A DNA stretch of 64,000 nucleotides. Source: Cenarchaeum sp. GTDB taxonomy: Archaea > Thermoproteota > Nitrososphaeria > Nitrososphaerales > Nitrosopumilaceae. The notes beneath the pieces are model-generated. The model searched no databases, had not been told where the DNA came from, and saw nothing but the letters and a program-made list of their open reading frames with translations. Numbering within the stretch: position 1 is the stretch's first letter; each line of letters opens with the position of its first letter. Shown here piece by piece: positions 58,656 through 64,000 of this stretch. The position numbers and the translations under genes were made by a program. The DNA lies in assembly GCA_963692915.1 (NCBI GenBank), contig OY843584.1, positions 896,001-960,000 of the forward strand. Reading direction: 5' to 3'.

Positions 58656-58927
58656 CGCGGACGCATCGCACGGCGAATGTCTGGCACACGTGCATTGATG
58701 AGCGTGACCAGCTCGTTTATCTCGCCAAGCGCAGGCGAGGTTCCGCCATCGCGGCAGAGCTGTAGGAATGCCGAGTATATGCAGCCGACGATCATGCCGA
58801 CTGCCGTGTCCTCAACAGAGCCACCATCGGCGCACGACTCGGCGAGCTGGCGGTAAGACCTTGCCTCAGACACATAGTGCGCGATGAGGCCGTCCACATA
58901 GCTGCGCGTCTCCTCGGATATCGCCAT
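58652..58927 (-). CDS. Small hypothetical protein
   Basis: Helical 91-aa ORF after an AAATAT box; convergent overlap with yyaL. Confidence 0.7.
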   Translation of the reverse strand: MAISEETRSYVDGLIAHYVSEARSYRQLAESCADGGSVEDTAVGMIVGCIYSAFLQLCRDGGTSPALGEINELVTLINARVPDIRRAMRPR

Positions 58928-59029
58928 TGGCACGGCGCGGGGAGCACGGTGATATTTGTGTGTCGTGTGCGTGTGGGCACGCTGGCTTGGAGAGTCAAAA
59001 AAGGAGGCCACATGCGCGTTGCGCGAGGG

Positions 59030-59290
59030 TCAGGATTTGGAGGAGAGGGCGTTCTTTCGTATGAAGGCCCAGATCTTTTTGTTCATGTCGCTTGGCGGAA
59101 TGGGCTTTTTGCCAAACACCTGCTCTAGCGTCTCGCGCCTTCCGGAGAACGAGACGGCATAGCCGCCAAATGCCTTCCGTGCTGACTTGGGCTTCTTTGT
59201 CGTCTTTGCCTTGGGCTTTGCCCCTGGTCTTGAGCGAACCGACTTTCGTGCGGTCCTCTTGGCAACCTTGGGTTTCTTTGCCGTAACCAA
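59030..59290 (-). CDS. Lys/Arg-rich protein with a partial SWIB/MDM2-like C-terminus
   Basis: H1-like tail KKPKVAKRTARK...KKPKSARK, then LEQVFGKKPIPPSDMNKKIWAFIRKNAL; TTATATA box at about 59315. Confidence 0.75.
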   Translation of the reverse strand: MVTAKKPKVAKRTARKSVRSRPGAKPKAKTTKKPKSARKAFGGYAVSFSGRRETLEQVFGKKPIPPSDMNKKIWAFIRKNALSSKS

Positions 59291-59323
59291 TCTGCAGGAG
59301 CGCCGGCGTGTTGGTATAATAAC

Positions 59324-59980
59324 CTAGAGCTTGGAGTAGCGCACAATGAGCTCGCCGGCGGACCTTGTGGCAGACACGAGGCGCATGTGCGGCGAGGAGG
59401 CAACACGCGCAAAGCCCTCACCACCGACCAGGCAGGGCGCGCCAACGCCTCCGAGGAGGCGGGGCGCGACGCATATGGCCATCTCGTCGATCAGGCCACG
59501 GCGCGCGAGATCCCAGTTGACTGTGCTTCCGCCCTCTACGAGCACGGAGCGCACGCGCAGTGACCACAGCCGCGAGAGGAGTGTGCGAACTGACACGTGG
59601 GTCGCACCAGCGACGATCGTCTCGATTCCCATGTCATGCAGCCTTGCAATGCGTCGTTTGGGTGCAGCACGCGAGACGCCGAGTATTGTGCGAACCGAGT
59701 CACATGTTTTTGCGATACGCGATGTCAACGGTAGCGAAGCGCGCGAGTCGAGTATGACGCGAATTGGATTCGATCCGTGCACAAGTCTAACGGTGAGGAG
59801 CGGATCATCAAGACGAACGGTGTTTATCCCAACAAGAATTGCGTCATGGGCAGCGCGCATGCGATGCACACGTCGCAGGTCACGGCGCGATGAGAGTGAC
59901 GAATCACCTGTGCGCGTAGCTATCTTGCCGTCAATCGACATTGCGGCGCTGAGCGTCACGCGCGGCCTAGATGCGGCCAT
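59324..59980 (-). CDS. arfC: 2,5-diamino-6-ribosylamino-4(3H)-pyrimidinone 5'-phosphate reductase (RibD C-terminal/ArfC)
   Basis: AMSIDGKIA, VHRMRAAHDAILVGINTV..DDPLLT, LVEGG; no deaminase domain. Confidence 0.92.
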   Translation of the reverse strand: MAASRPRVTLSAAMSIDGKIATRTGDSSLSSRRDLRRVHRMRAAHDAILVGINTVRLDDPLLTVRLVHGSNPIRVILDSRASLPLTSRIAKTCDSVRTILGVSRAAPKRRIARLHDMGIETIVAGATHVSVRTLLSRLWSLRVRSVLVEGGSTVNWDLARRGLIDEMAICVAPRLLGGVGAPCLVGGEGFARVASSPHMRLVSATRSAGELIVRYSKL

Positions 59981-61151
59981 GGACAACCTTCCCTCCAACA
60001 ATCACTGCGCGCACTGCACGCGGAGTAGTTCGCGCGACTATTGCCGCATGAACGTCATGCGCGGGATCTATGTCAATGTCTGACATGTCAATGATTGCAC
60101 AGTCAGCGGCCATCCCCACAGAGATGGCGCCTATCTTGCGGCGCAGCATGCGTCCGGCGTTCACCGTTGCCATGCGCAGTATGTCAGATGGCCTGACTGC
60201 TGTGCGCGTGCGCGCCATCGTGGACTTCCATGCATAGTCCATCTCGGCGAGCATGTTCGGCGAGTTGAGCATGACATTGTCCGTTCCGAGGGCAACGTTG
60301 CATCCGGCGGCCATGAGGGACGCAATGTCTGGCGAGCCCTCGGCGAGCGTCGCGTTAGCCCGTGGGCACACGACGACGCCACGGGTGCGGCGCGCCACGG
60401 CGCGCATCTGTGCACGCGTGGCCTGCGTCATGTGGACTATGATGTGGGGGCGCGCGCGGAGGGCGCGTGGGACTTCGGACCGGCCCGTGAGGCGCCTCGA
60501 GAGGGCGTCTCCGGCGGCCGTCTCGGCGGCATGTATTGCGCGAATGCCCCGCGTGCGCGCATACGCGCATAGTGCGGCGTCGCTGTTCTCGTTGGCCCCG
60601 CTCAGGCCAATCCCGTCACACGAGGTCACGAGGCGCGCGAGGCGTCCCCTGCGCCCCGCAGGCGGCGGCGCGTTGGCGCGCACGCGCGCAGGCGAGTCAT
60701 ACTCCTCAAGACGCGCAAGTGCGACAGTGCGGATGGGAACGCGCGAGGTCGCGCGGCGCAGGAGCGCGACTCCGGCCTCGCCGCCCTCCCTAAAGTCGAC
60801 GAATGTCGTCGTGCCGCAGCGCAGCATCGAGGCAGCCGAGCGGGCCATATAGCGCACAAGTGTTGCAGGCGGCGTTGACTCTAGTATGCGCCTCTTTGCG
60901 CCGTGCACCGGATGTATGCGCGATGCGGCATCAAGACCGGCGCCGGCATCCTTTGCGACCGAGTCGCCGATATGCGTGTGCGCGTTTATGAGTCCGGGTA
61001 TGGCGATCAGTCCCTCACAGTCAGCCGAGCTATCGCGCACGCCACGTCGAATCCTAATCTCGGTGAACTTGCCGTGTGAGATACGTATGGACACGCCGCG
61101 TGCGTGGCGCAGCGATGGGCCGACGAGCGCGTCAATGTTGCGCAGGATCAA
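59967..61151 (-). CDS. Metal-dependent amidohydrolase (deaminase-like, COG0402 type)
   Basis: PGLINAHTH, GTTTFVDF, HAAET, VHM, CPRAN, LGTDN, MATVNAG. Confidence 0.88.
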   Translation of the reverse strand: MILRNIDALVGPSLRHARGVSIRISHGKFTEIRIRRGVRDSSADCEGLIAIPGLINAHTHIGDSVAKDAGAGLDAASRIHPVHGAKRRILESTPPATLVRYMARSAASMLRCGTTTFVDFREGGEAGVALLRRATSRVPIRTVALARLEEYDSPARVRANAPPPAGRRGRLARLVTSCDGIGLSGANENSDAALCAYARTRGIRAIHAAETAAGDALSRRLTGRSEVPRALRARPHIIVHMTQATRAQMRAVARRTRGVVVCPRANATLAEGSPDIASLMAAGCNVALGTDNVMLNSPNMLAEMDYAWKSTMARTRTAVRPSDILRMATVNAGRMLRRKIGAISVGMAADCAIIDMSDIDIDPAHDVHAAIVARTTPRAVRAVIVGGKVVHGRI

Positions 61152-61897
61152 GGTGCCTCATACACGCTGTCGGTTTTGCCATCCTTGCGCATACAGCGTA
61201 TCTCGTCAAGCGATCGCGTTGCCGCCGAGGCGGCCTTGCGCGCCGTAGAACCGCGGCCAATCCCGCAGTTGAGCCCCAAGCCGAGGCGGCGCGACACGTC
61301 AACAAAGTCCTGCGCGTCACTGCGAACCTTTTCAATGTCGGCTCCCGTGACGACCATAAAGTTGTCACCCCCCATGAAGAACGACATTGCGCCGCGCGAC
61401 ATGAAGAACTTTGACATCTCGGCGTACAGCGAGTATATCGATGACGTGATCTCGTACGGCGAGCTCTCGCGACGCCGCGCAGACAGGCCGTCGACGTCCA
61501 TGTGGAGTATTGTCAGGCCGCCTCCCCCGTCAGCGCACGTCTCGCCGCAGACGCGCGCGTCCTGCGGTGCCGCAAGCGATGCCCCGTGCGCAGCCCTGTT
61601 GGCATCTAGCGCGCCGGCGGCGCACCCAATGGCGGCGCGCAGGTCAATGTCGGCAAACCGTGGGGAGACCTCGCCAATTGCCGCGTCATGGTCGGCAACT
61701 GACATGCCGTTGGTCAGCGCAAAGAGCTCATCAGACCTGTTCTGGAAGACGAGCGCGCCTCGAGCCGAAAAGGCGTCCTGCAGCGAGGCATAGAGCGTGG
61801 CCTGCAGCGACTGGAGTCGGTGCTCGCGGTCGCTTCCGAGCTCTAGGGTCCACGGGCCGTATCCGGCAATCCTGACTATGCACACCTGCACGCTCAT
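61148..61897 (-). CDS. gch3: GTP cyclohydrolase III (IIa)
   Basis: GYGPWT..LGSDREHRLQSLQA, HMDVD, FFMGGDNFM, NCGIG. Confidence 0.92.
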   Translation of the reverse strand: MSVQVCIVRIAGYGPWTLELGSDREHRLQSLQATLYASLQDAFSARGALVFQNRSDELFALTNGMSVADHDAAIGEVSPRFADIDLRAAIGCAAGALDANRAAHGASLAAPQDARVCGETCADGGGGLTILHMDVDGLSARRRESSPYEITSSIYSLYAEMSKFFMSRGAMSFFMGGDNFMVVTGADIEKVRSDAQDFVDVSRRLGLGLNCGIGRGSTARKAASAATRSLDEIRCMRKDGKTDSVYEAP

Positions 61898-62310
61898 TTC
61901 AGGACTCCCGCAAGCTCGCCATGTGACTTGATCGCCGCATCTACTGCGTGCTCGGCAACGGGCCTGATCCGCGCGTACGCCTGCCGCTCGCGCATCGCCG
62001 GCCCCGTTATTCCCAGCGAGACGGGCTTTGAGCGCGCGATCGAGATGGCAAGGAGTGCCGAGGCCGTCGCGTGTGATATGACCTCATCATGCTTTGTCTG
62101 CCCCTTGATGACAGCCCCAAGCGCGACGACTGCATCAACGTCATCGCGCGCAAGGAGCGCATCGGCGACAGTCGGTATGTCAAATGTTCCGGACACGCTG
62201 CTCTCATGGACGATCGCCACGTCTCGTGACCTGGCGCGCTCGCGCGCGACATCTAGCATTCGAGACGATATCTCGGGATAGAACGTCGCGCTGACTATGG
62301 CGATCCTCAT
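61894..62310 (-). CDS. ribH: 6,7-dimethyl-8-ribityllumazine synthase
   Basis: IAIVSATF, VSGTFDIP, LGAVIKGQTKHD, KPVSLGITGP. Confidence 0.94.
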   Translation of the reverse strand: MRIAIVSATFYPEISSRMLDVARERARSRDVAIVHESSVSGTFDIPTVADALLARDDVDAVVALGAVIKGQTKHDEVISHATASALLAISIARSKPVSLGITGPAMRERQAYARIRPVAEHAVDAAIKSHGELAGVLK

Positions 62311-62981
62311 GCGTGATGCACCTCGGCGTGCGCAAGCAGGTCACGCGCATCAACGAACGGAATGGACTCGCGTTGGGCCAGGCGGCGCGCGCCGTCAGCC
62401 GAGAGCGCGGCATGCGTTCCAGAGTCCATCATCTCGCATATCGCCGCAGCCGGCGGCAGTCCGGCAAGCTGTGCAAGGTACACGGACATCTCTGTGTGGC
62501 CACGGCGCGCCGAGAGGAGTGCGGCATCCGCAATTAGGAGATGGACGTGGCCTGGCGCTCGAAACTCGGAGACAAACTCGCGTTGCGGCTCGGCGCTGTC
62601 GTACAGGCGCGCAAACTCGCGAATCGTGCAGGCCCTGTCCGTGTCGGTGATTCCCGTGTACGTCTTGCGATGATTCACCGATAGTGAAAATGACGGGCGG
62701 TCACCATATGGCGAGGACTCGGCGACCATTCCGAGCGTGTCATCATCTAACGAGGAGCGCAATATATCGTGCATAAAGCGCAGCCCGAGCCGGCCGGCCA
62801 TCTGCGCGTCGAGCGCAAGGCAAATGAGGCCACCGGCGCGCTCGCGCATCGTCGCCACGTGGTCTGCGCTTGCGTGGCCGGCGGCGACGACCATGTCAAC
62901 TTCGTCCTCGCGCCCCTCCGAGTCGTGCAGGAGCACAAACCCGCCGCGGCGAAGCGACTCGAGCGCATCGCCCAGATCCAT
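62307..62981 (-). CDS. ribB: 3,4-dihydroxy-2-butanone-4-phosphate synthase
   Basis: DSEGREDEVD, GGLICL, TGITDTDRA, PGHV, RRGHTE, ICEMM. Confidence 0.95.
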   Translation of the reverse strand: MDLGDALESLRRGGFVLLHDSEGREDEVDMVVAAGHASADHVATMRERAGGLICLALDAQMAGRLGLRFMHDILRSSLDDDTLGMVAESSPYGDRPSFSLSVNHRKTYTGITDTDRACTIREFARLYDSAEPQREFVSEFRAPGHVHLLIADAALLSARRGHTEMSVYLAQLAGLPPAAAICEMMDSGTHAALSADGARRLAQRESIPFVDARDLLAHAEVHHA

Positions 62982-63038
62982 TGCGCGCGCTCGCATGATG
63001 AGGGTATTTCAAGCTTACCAAGATTTCGGTTATTACCA

Positions 63039-63641
63039 CTATTTCGGTAGGTGGTGCGCAAGCGCATACTTTGCTAGCACGTCAGTCTCGACGTTGACTG
63101 CGTCTCCGAGCCCAAGGGAGCCGAGGTTTGTGATCTCTAGTGTGTGCGGGATGACATGGACGCGAATTCTAGTGCGGCCCCTGTGCGCAACAGTCATGCT
63201 CACGCCGTTTATGGCAACAGAGCCCCTAGTCGGAAGCTCGCGCGCCATTCGAGCCGGCACGTCAATTGACAGTATGGACTCATCATCGCGCCTCTCTATG
63301 CGCGCAAGCGTTCCGCGGCCATCGACATGACCTAGGACAAAGTGCCCCTCGACTCGCGCGCCGGCGCGCATGCTGCGCTCGACGTTTAGCGAGTCACCGG
63401 CCTTTACGCGGCCCAGTGACGTTAGTCGCGCAGTCTGGCCAATGACGTCAAAGGCGCACTTGCCGCCTGCGAGGCGGCGCGTTACAGTAAGGCAGACGCC
63501 GTCGAGCGCAACGCTCTGGCCGGTGGCCAGGCCAGATGCGCGCCGGCCAAGCTCGACGACCATCCGGAGCGCCTTACCGTCGCCCTTGCCCTTTGAGACA
63601 GAGGCCACCCTGGCCGTCCCCTCGACTATGCCTGTGAACAC
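63039..63641 (-). CDS. ribE: Riboflavin synthase (bacterial alpha-chain type)
   Basis: N-terminal (M)FTGIVE, SVALDGVCLTV, NVER, GHFVLGHVDG, VNVETDVLAKY. Confidence 0.94.
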   Translation of the reverse strand: MFTGIVEGTARVASVSKGKGDGKALRMVVELGRRASGLATGQSVALDGVCLTVTRRLAGGKCAFDVIGQTARLTSLGRVKAGDSLNVERSMRAGARVEGHFVLGHVDGRGTLARIERRDDESILSIDVPARMARELPTRGSVAINGVSMTVAHRGRTRIRVHVIPHTLEITNLGSLGLGDAVNVETDVLAKYALAHHLPK

Positions 63642-64000
63642 GGCAGACTCGCGAGGCGCGCTTGTATAAAATGATTTAGCCCCCTCAAGAACCAAAGAAT
63701 AAACTTAACATATCATAATTAGGGCAAATAGCGCAGAATCACGTGTTGACACACATAGTCATAATAAGTCACCACATAAAACAACAGCCAAGATTTAACG
63801 ACGTGATCGAGGTTTTCGCGCATTGGAAAATGTATCATTACATCGTGTTGTTATAAGTCTATATCGTGTTGCTTTGGTGGATTTTTGCTTTAAAGATCTC
63901 ATCCTCACACTAGATCCAGGATGGGAAGGCGCCACTATAATTAGATAGATTTGATAATCGGCAGTAATTTGAGACTCTGCAAGGATTTGACGAACTATGT

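Noticed and set aside
63700-64000. AT-rich terminal stretch as a riboswitch or new gene
   Set aside because: No FMN riboswitch motifs or ORF recognised; truncated by the window edge.

Overview
A GC-rich archaeal chromosome segment. Gene content points to an ammonia-oxidising Nitrososphaerota (Thaumarchaeota) member, most like the Cenarchaeum-type host-associated Nitrosopumilaceae (inference). Markers are the nuoABCDHIJKMLN complex I lacking EFG, the acetyl/propionyl-CoA carboxylase cluster of the 3HP/4HB cycle, Alba, RFC-L, a single-OB SSB, GTP cyclohydrolase III, IPxWxKNNAGWW repeats and BHB tRNA introns. The core backbone carries 7 tRNAs (two with introns), a Zn ABC transporter with a NikR-like regulator, a riboflavin operon, ilvE, lysC, truD and idsA. 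Accessory pieces are a 5'-truncated Type ISP restriction-modification enzyme with AT-rich patches over its specificity regions, a Panacea/SocA-like gene pair, a PD-(D/E)XK nuclease, decaying tandem membrane-protein paralogues and a 2.8-kaa secreted zinc-metalloprotease/Ig-repeat protein. Best leads: the mosaic Type ISP, the giant protease-adhesin, a membrane-protein::Pth2 fusion, an H1-like/SWIB mini-protein, and an amidohydrolase in the rib operon as candidate pyrimidine deaminase. No CRISPR, rRNA, integrase or transposase was seen. Several start codons were re-assigned by eye and are approximate. No database searches were run.
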